Source of the DNA: Bacteroidota bacterium
GTDB lineage: Bacteria > Bacteroidota > Ignavibacteria > Ignavibacteriales > SURF-24
Direction of reading: 5' to 3'
Length of the DNA stretch: 34,673 nt
Assembly (NCBI GenBank): GCA_030706145.1
Contig: JAUZPB010000041.1
Coordinates: 1 to 34,673 of the forward strand
Shown here: positions 17,273 through 25,486 of the stretch, piece after piece
Position numbering within the stretch: position 1 is the stretch's first letter
Layout: each line of letters opens with the position of its first letter
Program-made: the position numbers and the translations under genes
Notes under the pieces: model-generated
Databases searched by the model: none
Told to the model about the DNA's origin: nothing
What the model saw: the letters and a program-made list of their open reading frames with translations, nothing else

Positions 17273-18103
17273 TTAATTTTTCTTATTTTGCGACTGAATA
17301 AACCAATCTATAAGTTTTCGTGCTATGCTCCACTTTCCAGGCAACATCTCAGGCAACTTATCTATTCCGAACCAATCGGCTTCCAGGATCTCCTGTCCAT
17401 CGACCTTTATTTCACCGCCAGCATATTCAGCCGTAAAGCCTATCATAACCGAATTTGGGAAGGGCCAGGGCTGGCTTCCAAAGTATCTTATATTCTTTAC
17501 TTCAATATTTACTTCTTCTTTTACTTCTCTTTGTACACATTCTTCAAATGTTTCACCTGTCTCAACAAAACCTGCAAGTACACTGTAGAGTTTAGTTTTG
17601 AATCTTCCAGAATGAGCAAGAAGAATTTTGCCATTTTTCACCACAGCCACAATTATAGCAGGCGAAAGCCTTGGATAGCTTACAAGTCCGCAGTTTGGAC
17701 AAACTTTTGCTCTTTCGCCTTCTTTTGTTTCTGTCCTTGTACCACATCTGCCGCAGTACTGGTGACTCCTGTCCCAGTCCATTACCTGGAAGGCGCGCCC
17801 TGCAAGGCCGAAGAGTTCATCATCAATTACCCCTAGAAGTGAGCGCAGACCCCTGAAGGACATACCTTCCAGGGATTCATCTGCATCGGCAGAAATTTCG
17901 GCAGAATAACAATTTTTTTCATCTAAAACCCCAAGATATTGCACTCTTAAAGGTTTTATTCCTATTTCAGAAAGATCTTTTAATTGTGGAAGACTAATCT
18001 CTTCATCTTCTTGCTTCATTAGAAGTTCATCTTTCCTGAATACAAACCACCATGATGGTTCATCTTTTTTTTCAGGGTCCTTAATAGAAGCCATAAAATT
18101 CAT
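17273..18103 (-). CDS. nudC: NADH pyrophosphatase (Nudix hydrolase with zinc ribbon), NudC family
   Basis: Zinc ribbon 'CGRCGTRTE...CPNCG'. Nudix box 'GFVETGETFEECVQREVKEEVNIEV'. GGAG 12 nt upstream of the ATG. Confidence 0.8.
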   Translation of the reverse strand: MNFMASIKDPEKKDEPSWWFVFRKDELLMKQEDEEISLPQLKDLSEIGIKPLRVQYLGVLDEKNCYSAEISADADESLEGMSFRGLRSLLGVIDDELFGLAGRAFQVMDWDRSHQYCGRCGTRTETKEGERAKVCPNCGLVSYPRLSPAIIVAVVKNGKILLAHSGRFKTKLYSVLAGFVETGETFEECVQREVKEEVNIEVKNIRYFGSQPWPFPNSVMIGFTAEYAGGEIKVDGQEILEADWFGIDKLPEMLPGKWSIARKLIDWFIQSQNKKN

Positions 18104-18145
18104 CTAAAAATTACTCCGTCTTTTATTCGTACACCAAAAAATAGC

Positions 18146-18237
18146 AAAAAGCAATCAATAATCCTTCCTGGAAACTTTAACATATAAGGGAAATTCCATA
18201 CCTTTGCTACCGTAATTTTAGTGGATTGCTTTTTTTT
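18146..18237 (+). promoter_or_regulatory. 11-bp perfect inverted repeat flanking a 67-nt loop, followed by a T8 run, in the leader of the permease gene (candidate attenuator)
   Basis: AAAAAGCAATC (18146-18156) and GATTGCTTTTT (18224-18234), then TTTTTTTT to 18237. Sits 35 nt upstream of the permease ATG in a divergent intergenic region. Confidence 0.25.
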
Positions 18238-18271
18238 CAATATATTTTCAACTTTAATTAATAGGAGTTAA

Positions 18272-19528
18272 ATGGCACACCGCGTTATTGATGTAAACGA
18301 AAGACCGCCTCTTGCTGAAAGTATTCCTTTGAGTTTTCAACATCTTTTTGCAATGTTCGGAGCATCTGTACTCGTACCTATTCTTTTTAAGATAAATCCC
18401 GCTACTGTACTGATGATGAATGGAGTTGGTACACTGATCTATATTTTCATATGCAAGGGAAAGATTCCGGCTTTTCTGGGGTCAAGCTTTGCCTTCCTTT
18501 CACCTGTTTTTCTAGTAATCGCTAATTATGGCTACAATGCCGCTCTTGGTGGCTTTATTGCCTCAGGACTTATTTTTATTACAGTAGCCTTGCTCTTTAA
18601 GTTCTTCGGAATTGAATGGATACATGTTGTTTTTCCACCGGCTGCAATGGGAGCTATTGTTGCCATTATCGGCCTTGAGTTAGCACCTACAGCTGCAGAT
18701 ATGGCTGGACTTATTGCAAAGAATAATCAACCTTTAGATCCCAAGACAGTTTTTGTATCTATGTCAACACTTGCAATAATTGTTCTTGGATCGGTTCTTT
18801 TCAGGGGCTTCTTCAAAATAATTCCAATTCTAATAGGTGTAATTTCAGGTTATATTATTGCTCTTTTTATGGGCATTGTAAACTTCGATGCCATAAGTAA
18901 TGCCCCATGGTTTGCTGCTCCTACAATCTATACTCCTCAGTTCAATTTGTCGGCAATCTTAATTATTGTTCCTGCGTCTCTTGTCGTCATTGCCGAACAC
19001 ATAGGACATCTTATTGTCACAGGAAACATTGTCGAAAAAGATCTTGTAAAGGATCCTGGACTGCACCGCTCACTGATGGGTGATGGAATTTCAACTACTT
19101 TATCCGGATTTTTTGGTTCGGTCCCAACAACTACTTATGGTGAGAACATTGGTGTGCTTGCCATAACAAAAGTATACAGTGTATGGGTAATAGGCGGGGC
19201 AGCCGTAATATCAATTCTTATTTCTTTCTTTGGCAAACTCTCTGCTGCAATTCAGACTATACCTTTGCCTGTAATGGGAGGTGTATCGCTCATGCTATTC
19301 GGTGTTATTGCAGCCTCTGGTATAAGGATGCTTGTAGAGGAAAAGATCGACTACAGCAAACCAAAGAATCTTATACTTACAGCTTTCGTACTTACTATTG
19401 GAATTAGTGGTGCTCAGGTTGTCTTTGGATCAGTTACACTTAAGGGAATGGCCCTTGCTACAGTCTTATCAATTGTAATTAGTCTGGGCTTTAAGCTTTT
19501 TGAAAAGCTTGGCTGGATGAATGAATAA
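18272..19528 (+). CDS. NCS2-family uracil/xanthine permease
   Basis: 12-TM protein with an N-terminus typical of UraA/PyrP-type transporters ('LSFQHLFAMFGASVLVPILF'), 'GENIGVLAITKV' motif. AGGAG RBS at 18263-18267. Confidence 0.85.
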   Translation: MAHRVIDVNERPPLAESIPLSFQHLFAMFGASVLVPILFKINPATVLMMNGVGTLIYIFICKGKIPAFLGSSFAFLSPVFLVIANYGYNAALGGFIASGLIFITVALLFKFFGIEWIHVVFPPAAMGAIVAIIGLELAPTAADMAGLIAKNNQPLDPKTVFVSMSTLAIIVLGSVLFRGFFKIIPILIGVISGYIIALFMGIVNFDAISNAPWFAAPTIYTPQFNLSAILIIVPASLVVIAEHIGHLIVTGNIVEKDLVKDPGLHRSLMGDGISTTLSGFFGSVPTTTYGENIGVLAITKVYSVWVIGGAAVISILISFFGKLSAAIQTIPLPVMGGVSLMLFGVIAASGIRMLVEEKIDYSKPKNLILTAFVLTIGISGAQVVFGSVTLKGMALATVLSIVISLGFKLFEKLGWMNE

Positions 19529-19553
19529 AAGAATTAGCACTATTTAAGTAAGT

Positions 19554-19608
19554 AAAAAAATAAAGCCCGGAATGAAAAAAAGTATTCTTTTATAGTCTTC
19601 CGGGCTTT
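19554..19608. terminator. Intrinsic terminator between convergent permease and nucleoside phosphorylase genes (stronger for the minus strand)
   Basis: 11-bp stem AAAGCCCGGAA (19562-19572) / TTCCGGGCTTT (19598-19608), 25-nt loop. A7 run at 19554-19560 gives U7 after the hairpin on the minus strand. Weaker U-tract on plus. Confidence 0.5.
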
Positions 19609-19751
19609 GCTTTAAAAAATTGAACCACTGACATTTTTAATGGAATATAGTTATCAATAACTCAAATGAAAATTATTTTTCATATAAAAATAACACGCTT
19701 TGTTTTTTTTAATGCTTATAAGCTTCTAAAATATACTTCTAAAGTAAACTC

Positions 19752-20510
19752 CTAAAGTAATAAGCACGCTTCAGCTGAAAGCCTGAATAGAAGGTCCCTT
19801 ACATCGTGCTGCTTAAGCCAGTTCCTGTGATCCCACTCCTCGCAGCTTACATCATCTCCGCCATAGAGCATTTGTCCAAGTTTTACCTGACGGAATTCTG
19901 CTACAGCAAAGAATGCAGAGGCTTCCATTTCAACTGTAAGACACCCTTCGGATCTTCTTTTATTTACCTTATCAATTGTCTCACGGTAAACTGCATCGGT
20001 TGTCCATGTCTTTGAAAGGATATATTCAATTCCATGTTTTGAAAGCACAGTTTTAATTGCTTCAACAGCTTCAGGATTTGCACTAACTTCTCTTGAAGGA
20101 GGAAGGTAGTGATATGAGACTCCCTCATCCCTTATGGCACTCTCCGGAATTACTATTTTACCGCATTGTATCTGCCTGTCTAAGACTCCTGCGCTGCCGC
20201 ATACTATAAATTTCCTGCAGCCTAAAGCAATTAACTCCTCAAGTATTGCTACAGCAAGCGGAGCTCCTACACCCGAAGTAATAAAGGCAATTGTTTTCCC
20301 GTCAAATTCTGTTTCATAGACATGATGCTCAGACATTTCACTTCTAAGAGTGAAGACCTTCTTTGCCTTGTTCTCGTTTATAAGCTTATCTGTGACTTCC
20401 TTAAAAAAGGATATTACGCAGTATTCTGAAATATCGATCTTTTTAACAATTTTTTCAGGTTCAATTATGGCCTTACGTGCCGGATCAAATTCTAGAATAG
20501 GATATTGCAT
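19752..20510 (-). CDS. PNP/UDP-family nucleoside phosphorylase
   Basis: 'GVGAPLAVAILEELIALGCRKFIVCGSAGVL' phosphorylase family-1 core. 'LTVEMEASAFFAVA' C-terminal motif. Confidence 0.7.
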   Translation of the reverse strand: MQYPILEFDPARKAIIEPEKIVKKIDISEYCVISFFKEVTDKLINENKAKKVFTLRSEMSEHHVYETEFDGKTIAFITSGVGAPLAVAILEELIALGCRKFIVCGSAGVLDRQIQCGKIVIPESAIRDEGVSYHYLPPSREVSANPEAVEAIKTVLSKHGIEYILSKTWTTDAVYRETIDKVNKRRSEGCLTVEMEASAFFAVAEFRQVKLGQMLYGGDDVSCEEWDHRNWLKQHDVRDLLFRLSAEACLLL

Positions 20511-20534
20511 TAAGCTACCTAAATTAATTTAATT

Positions 20535-20571
20535 ATAAAAAAACCGCAGCTAATTTTTTGTAACTGCGGTT
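20535..20571 (-). terminator. Rho-independent terminator after the flotillin gene (minus strand)
   Basis: 8-bp stem AACCGCAG (20542-20549) / CTGCGGTT (20564-20571), 14-nt loop. Read on the minus strand it is followed directly by U7 (A7 at 20535-20541). Confidence 0.6.
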
Positions 20572-20622
20572 AAGAGATTATCTCTTTGATTAAACAAAGA
20601 TATAAATATTTGTTTATTAAAG

Positions 20623-22563
20623 CTAACTCAAAGTAACGTCCTCACCAAATCCGCCTGCCACTCCAGGTTTACTTTCTTTTGCATCACCATTTGATTTCAG
20701 CGCCTGTAGATCATCAAGACCATTTGACTTTGCCTGGCTGCGGAGCAGCAGTCCTATCAACGCTTCAGTAATTCCAGATTGTCCAGTTGAGCCTGTTACC
20801 TGTACATTAGGAACTATCTGAAGGCCATTATCACCTATAACCTGCATTAGCTGCAGAAGTGTATATCCATTAGATCCTAATGAATCGACACCAACTTTGT
20901 ATGCCTCAGCCTTTGCATTACCGATCGAGCGGATAGCCTCAGCTTCACCGTTGCCTTTAAGCCTTGTAGCTTCAGCTTCTGCACTTGCCTTCATACGAGT
21001 TGCCTCTGCTTCAGCGCCTGCTTTTAGTTTTGTAGATTCAGCTTCACCTTTTACTCTCTTTACCTGCGAATTTGCCTGCAGCTCAGAGATATTTACACCC
21101 TGCTCTGACTTTACAAGATCCGACTGAATATCAGCCATTGCAGTTTCTCTTACAAGCTGCTGACGCTGTGTCTGTGCTGCCTGCTGTACTTCAAATGTCT
21201 TCTTCTGCTCTTCTGCAATCTTTCTGTCTGTCTGAGTCTGCATAAGCTGTGCAGGAGGAGTAATATCTCCAATTAAAGTATCAACGGCCTGCACGTCATA
21301 GACTTTAGTTGCATGCTCAATAAAAACCGCAGCTTCTTTCTGGCGCTCACTTCTGTTTGTCAAGAAATCGAGCACTGTATAGGCTTGAGCAGAATTCCTA
21401 AAATAGTTACCAACAATAGGTTCAAGAACATGGTCTACAAGATTCTGCATTGATCCTACCCTTGAGATTACCTTCGGGGCATCGAGTGCGCCGACATGAA
21501 TGATCTGCGAGACGTCAAGGTTAAAGGAGAATCCATCTTTTGACCTAACTGTAATTGAGTTCAGTTTTTCGTCATATTTATGTGATTCTGTTCTTGTTGC
21601 CCAGTTAAGCACAATATTGGTTGTAGGAACAAGCTCAACCTTCATTACACGTGTGTTTAATGGATGCTTACCCGGATAGAGTGGAGTTACCCATACGCCT
21701 TTGTGGCCTACATTTACAAGGTCGCCATGCTTAAATTCACTTCCGCTTACATCTTGATGTTCTTTCCCTACATAGGAAATAACAACGCCAACATGACCTA
21801 TCGGAATAACCGTCATTGGCACCTGCTCAACTTTTACAAACCATGGATTAAGGTTCCATGAACCAGAAAGCAATACCTGCTCCTGAAGACCTCTGCGGCC
21901 AGAGGTCTCAAGGAAGACCCTTGCATTCTGAAAGTTATCATGACCTGAAATTATTGGACCGGCTATTTCTCCAGGTTCAATCGGTGTACCATCTAAAGTA
22001 GTAACAATTCCAACCTGGTCTGCCTCAACCTGATAGACCAGAAGATCCTCTGGCGCCATGTCGTGTGATTCTGCATTAGCCTTTGTAATAATCTGAAACA
22101 GGGCAGTGTTGATTCTATATGTACCAGCAGTCAGTATACCCAACTGACGCCCTTTTTCTCCGCCTTTACTTAAAAATGCACGAGCATCCTGATAATTATC
22201 ACATTCTACAACCTTGCCTAAGATATGACTTGCAGGAATAGATTCTCCTGCTTTTGCCACAATAAGGCCTATCTCACCCTGCGGTATCATAATGACCCTT
22301 TCTTTTATAACCTTATACATCCAGGGCCAGTAATAAAAATGCCATCCTGGGGCAAGAGTATCTGCCTGATAACCTGCTTCACCATTAAGAGCTATAAGCT
22401 TTCCTGCCTCAAGTTTCTTGACAGAGATTTTCTTAATAACAATACCAACTTCCAACTCATCAATAATAACTATACCAAAAAGAGCTTTTGCTGAAATTAA
22501 AAGAAGTACAGCAAAAGCAATAATACCGCTTACAATAAAAACGGTTTCATTTGATGCTTGCAT
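20623..22563 (-). CDS. Flotillin-family SPFH/band-7 membrane protein (YqiK/FloT-like)
   Basis: N-terminal TM 'VFIVSGIIAFAVLLLISAKALFGIVII', SPFH-like region, C-terminal flotillin 'EA' repeats 'AGAEAEATRMKASAEAEATRLKGNGEAEAIR...KAEAYK'. ATG at 22563 (MQASNE...) chosen just before the TM helix. The ORF is open to an upstream ATG at 22650. Confidence 0.75.
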   Translation of the reverse strand: MQASNETVFIVSGIIAFAVLLLISAKALFGIVIIDELEVGIVIKKISVKKLEAGKLIALNGEAGYQADTLAPGWHFYYWPWMYKVIKERVIMIPQGEIGLIVAKAGESIPASHILGKVVECDNYQDARAFLSKGGEKGRQLGILTAGTYRINTALFQIITKANAESHDMAPEDLLVYQVEADQVGIVTTLDGTPIEPGEIAGPIISGHDNFQNARVFLETSGRRGLQEQVLLSGSWNLNPWFVKVEQVPMTVIPIGHVGVVISYVGKEHQDVSGSEFKHGDLVNVGHKGVWVTPLYPGKHPLNTRVMKVELVPTTNIVLNWATRTESHKYDEKLNSITVRSKDGFSFNLDVSQIIHVGALDAPKVISRVGSMQNLVDHVLEPIVGNYFRNSAQAYTVLDFLTNRSERQKEAAVFIEHATKVYDVQAVDTLIGDITPPAQLMQTQTDRKIAEEQKKTFEVQQAAQTQRQQLVRETAMADIQSDLVKSEQGVNISELQANSQVKRVKGEAESTKLKAGAEAEATRMKASAEAEATRLKGNGEAEAIRSIGNAKAEAYKVGVDSLGSNGYTLLQLMQVIGDNGLQIVPNVQVTGSTGQSGITEALIGLLLRSQAKSNGLDDLQALKSNGDAKESKPGVAGGFGEDVTLS

Positions 22564-22742
22564 TTTTGCGCCATAAATTGTGAATAAATCGTCGGGGCCT
22601 TTTTTTTGACCTCGATGAAAATTATACAATTTCAGATGATGTGTCAACATTTGAAATATTGAAAAAAAGAGCTACATTCCGCACCATCTTATCTCTAACA
22701 AAAAGCCAACTTCTCTAAAAAGAACAACTATAACCCTCAGGG

Positions 22743-25406
22743 CTATAACCAGTATGATATCTTCACCATAAAAATATTATCCGGATGCACGTCAAAGATA
22801 GTATTCATAGACTGGCCAAAGTCGAAATCACCATTGTAGGAATAATCCTGCCTGCTCTGTGTCCACACAAGATAAATCGTCGATCCAGGCATATATTCCC
22901 AGCGCAGCACTGCACTGCCACGCAATGATAAATATCTAAAGTCGGGATTATCAATGGTTTTTGAAACTGCAGGCCCCTGTCCATCAGCGTCAAATGTATA
23001 GGTAAGTTCACCAGTGCCATTTGTTTTTGTAATAAGTGAAGATCCCTCTTCTCCATATTTAAGGAATTCGTATGTTTTTGATCTTCGCAGTTCTTTAAAA
23101 AAAGAATACTTGCCAGTTGAAATTAAGGGCTGCAGATAAAGCTGCATACTTAATTTTGGGCTAATTATCCAATCGGCCCGCGTATCCATTGACAGCGTTG
23201 TTTGGTCAAGGTGTGCAAATACATAGCGCCTTGAATATGTATTCTTAGCCGATAGGTCGGCATACGAAGTTACCCACTGAGCGCCAAAGTCATCCTTTGT
23301 GTAAGTAGGGCCAAATTGAACTGTAAGAGTCGGAGTGACCTTTATCTCCAGTGTCGTAGAGGCGGAATATGAATCTGCATCTTCACCTGTCCTTGCATAG
23401 CCGCTCAGATTCAGCACCATCCAAAGGCGGCTATCTGTATAAAGAGAAGCCTTTGTATAGCGGCTAACAGGGTTAAGTGTCAAAGGGCCGCCGCGAGTTC
23501 GCCTGTTATTGTAAGTCTCGGGATAATAAATATTTGAAATGCTTATCCCATATAAATTGGGAAATGTAAGACTGCCTGCCGTATAGTATCCTTGTGCTGT
23601 CCTGTTGCCTCCAAAATCATAACTTGTAAATGCAGCTAGAAAAATTCCTGCATTCTGATATATTGACGTTGGAGTATTCCACCTGTAGCCTGTATAGAGG
23701 TGAGCATTTATAAGATCACTGTACAGGTTAAATCCGAGGTCGTTTATTTCGAACTCCGGGCTCATTAGTCCCAAAGCCGCATTAAATACAACAGGGCCCC
23801 TGTTCTTGTTTACTACAATACGCCCTGCATATCCTGTCATTGAAGTAGCTGAACTATCTACCTTAAGATAACTTGCATCGGGACGCTGGAAATAATGGCC
23901 CGAGCCTCTTTGAAGAGATATCATTCTGTTTTCAGAACCACTAACTCTTGATACTGCAGCCCATGCATTTAGTACAAAAGTACCTTCTTTGTCAAGGTTT
24001 GTCCATCCATCCATTGCAGCAACAAGTGCATCTTTATTAATGCTGTTTTGAAGCTCCCGGTCGTTAAAGAACCTGTTTGTAAATGTTGCAAAAGCTCCAA
24101 GCCCCTGACGTCCGAAATTATAATCTCTCTGAGCTCTCAGTACACCATAATAGCTTAGTGGTTCAATCTCTATACTTGAACGCTCACCAGACAAATCAAT
24201 CTGTGCAAACTCGCGTTTTGTAATTGCGTGTATAGTTCCTATTCTCCAGTCATTGGAAATTTTTCCTGAAAGCTTTGCAGCTCCAAGAATATGAGTTCCG
24301 CTTGGGACGTCTGCATAATCGTACTGTGGCAGATTTCCCTGCGGGGCCCTTCCAATCCTTCGGCTGTAAAATATATTAGGAGATGTCCAGTTAAATGTAA
24401 TATTATCGTTAATACCACCTCTTCCAAAGCGGAAAATAGTTACTCCTTCTGTAAAGAAGGGACGCTTTTCCTCATAAGAAGACTCGACGTCAGTTAGATT
24501 AACAACAGCAGGATCGACTTCAACCTGTCCAAAGTCCGGATTAATTGTTGCATTGAGAGTAAGGCTTCTTCCAATGCCTGCTCTTATATCAAGTCCTGCA
24601 CCAGGAAGATATTTATGCCCTGGATTAAATGGGTCATTAGTATCATTGCCTATATATTCAGCCTTTCCCGTAATATAAGGCATTATTTCAAGCCGTCTGG
24701 GAGGTTTAATTGACTGGAGTCCTTTTAGTTCAGGAAATCGAGAGGTAAAGCCGCTTTCATTTCGCGGGGTAAAAGCAAGCATATCGGTCTCAGCTGCGCG
24801 GCTTATAAAGCGCTCTACGTTAACGCCCCAGTTCTGGGAGCTGCCATCTTTAAAGCGCAGTTGTGAATAAGGGATCTTCATCTCAACTGTCCAACCTTCG
24901 GAGTCAATTCTTGCAGCTCCATCCCAGACAGCATCCCATGTTAGATCATTGGGCTGTTTTAAATCATTTTCAATTAGACCATCTGCAAGTGCCCCGGCTG
25001 CTGAGACGTAAAAAAAATAACCATTTGTTTTATCACCATATGAGTCCAGATAAAGTACGCACCCATCTGATGGATCGCCCCATATGTAATCACGCCTTAC
25101 AAGACGGGCAAAAATGGAATCGGGATTAGTATCATAATACCTGGCAGCAAAATAAATGGCCTCATCATCATATCTTATCCATACCTCTGATCTTTGCGAA
25201 GGCTTGCAGCCTTCAATTGGATCCTGCTGGATAAATCCCGTGCAACCGGGACCTTTCCAGACCGCTTCAGATAAAATGGCATCAATTGTAATTTTCTCTT
25301 CTGTTCTGAAAGCCTCTACATGGCTAATAAATTTCAGATTGTCCGGTGGCTCTGAAGCTTTAATTACCCCTATTGCCATTAAAAGTAAGAGCAATATTAT
25401 TCTCAT
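22743..25406 (-). CDS. Large exported beta-rich protein with an N-terminal CBM9/DOMON-like module (DUF5916-like)
   Basis: Signal peptide 'MRIILLLLLMAIGVIKA' with a GAGGA RBS. 'DAILSEAVW...DDEAIYFAARYYD...' module, then about 600 aa of alternating aromatic/hydrophilic beta-barrel-like sequence ending 'KISYWL'. The ORF track start at 25472 is TTG upstream of the signal peptide. Confidence 0.5.
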   Translation of the reverse strand: MRIILLLLLMAIGVIKASEPPDNLKFISHVEAFRTEEKITIDAILSEAVWKGPGCTGFIQQDPIEGCKPSQRSEVWIRYDDEAIYFAARYYDTNPDSIFARLVRRDYIWGDPSDGCVLYLDSYGDKTNGYFFYVSAAGALADGLIENDLKQPNDLTWDAVWDGAARIDSEGWTVEMKIPYSQLRFKDGSSQNWGVNVERFISRAAETDMLAFTPRNESGFTSRFPELKGLQSIKPPRRLEIMPYITGKAEYIGNDTNDPFNPGHKYLPGAGLDIRAGIGRSLTLNATINPDFGQVEVDPAVVNLTDVESSYEEKRPFFTEGVTIFRFGRGGINDNITFNWTSPNIFYSRRIGRAPQGNLPQYDYADVPSGTHILGAAKLSGKISNDWRIGTIHAITKREFAQIDLSGERSSIEIEPLSYYGVLRAQRDYNFGRQGLGAFATFTNRFFNDRELQNSINKDALVAAMDGWTNLDKEGTFVLNAWAAVSRVSGSENRMISLQRGSGHYFQRPDASYLKVDSSATSMTGYAGRIVVNKNRGPVVFNAALGLMSPEFEINDLGFNLYSDLINAHLYTGYRWNTPTSIYQNAGIFLAAFTSYDFGGNRTAQGYYTAGSLTFPNLYGISISNIYYPETYNNRRTRGGPLTLNPVSRYTKASLYTDSRLWMVLNLSGYARTGEDADSYSASTTLEIKVTPTLTVQFGPTYTKDDFGAQWVTSYADLSAKNTYSRRYVFAHLDQTTLSMDTRADWIISPKLSMQLYLQPLISTGKYSFFKELRRSKTYEFLKYGEEGSSLITKTNGTGELTYTFDADGQGPAVSKTIDNPDFRYLSLRGSAVLRWEYMPGSTIYLVWTQSRQDYSYNGDFDFGQSMNTIFDVHPDNIFMVKISYWL

Positions 25407-25486
25407 TTTTTTCCTCTGCTTCTTATTTTTTATTGCACCTATGAACAAGGACAAAACAATAAACAAAGACAAGTCAACATAAAAAA

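Noticed and set aside
5613-25472. N-terminal extensions in the ORF track (sodC to 6212, DUF5916 to 25472 via TTG, flotillin to 22650, dcp to 27604, ygiD to 16317 via TTG, pentapeptide to 34375 via GTG)
   Set aside because: Internal ATGs are immediately followed by signal peptides or TM helices, and/or are preceded by SD sequences and match homologue N-termini. The longer forms are likely ORF-finder over-extension. The flotillin and dcp cases remain ambiguous.
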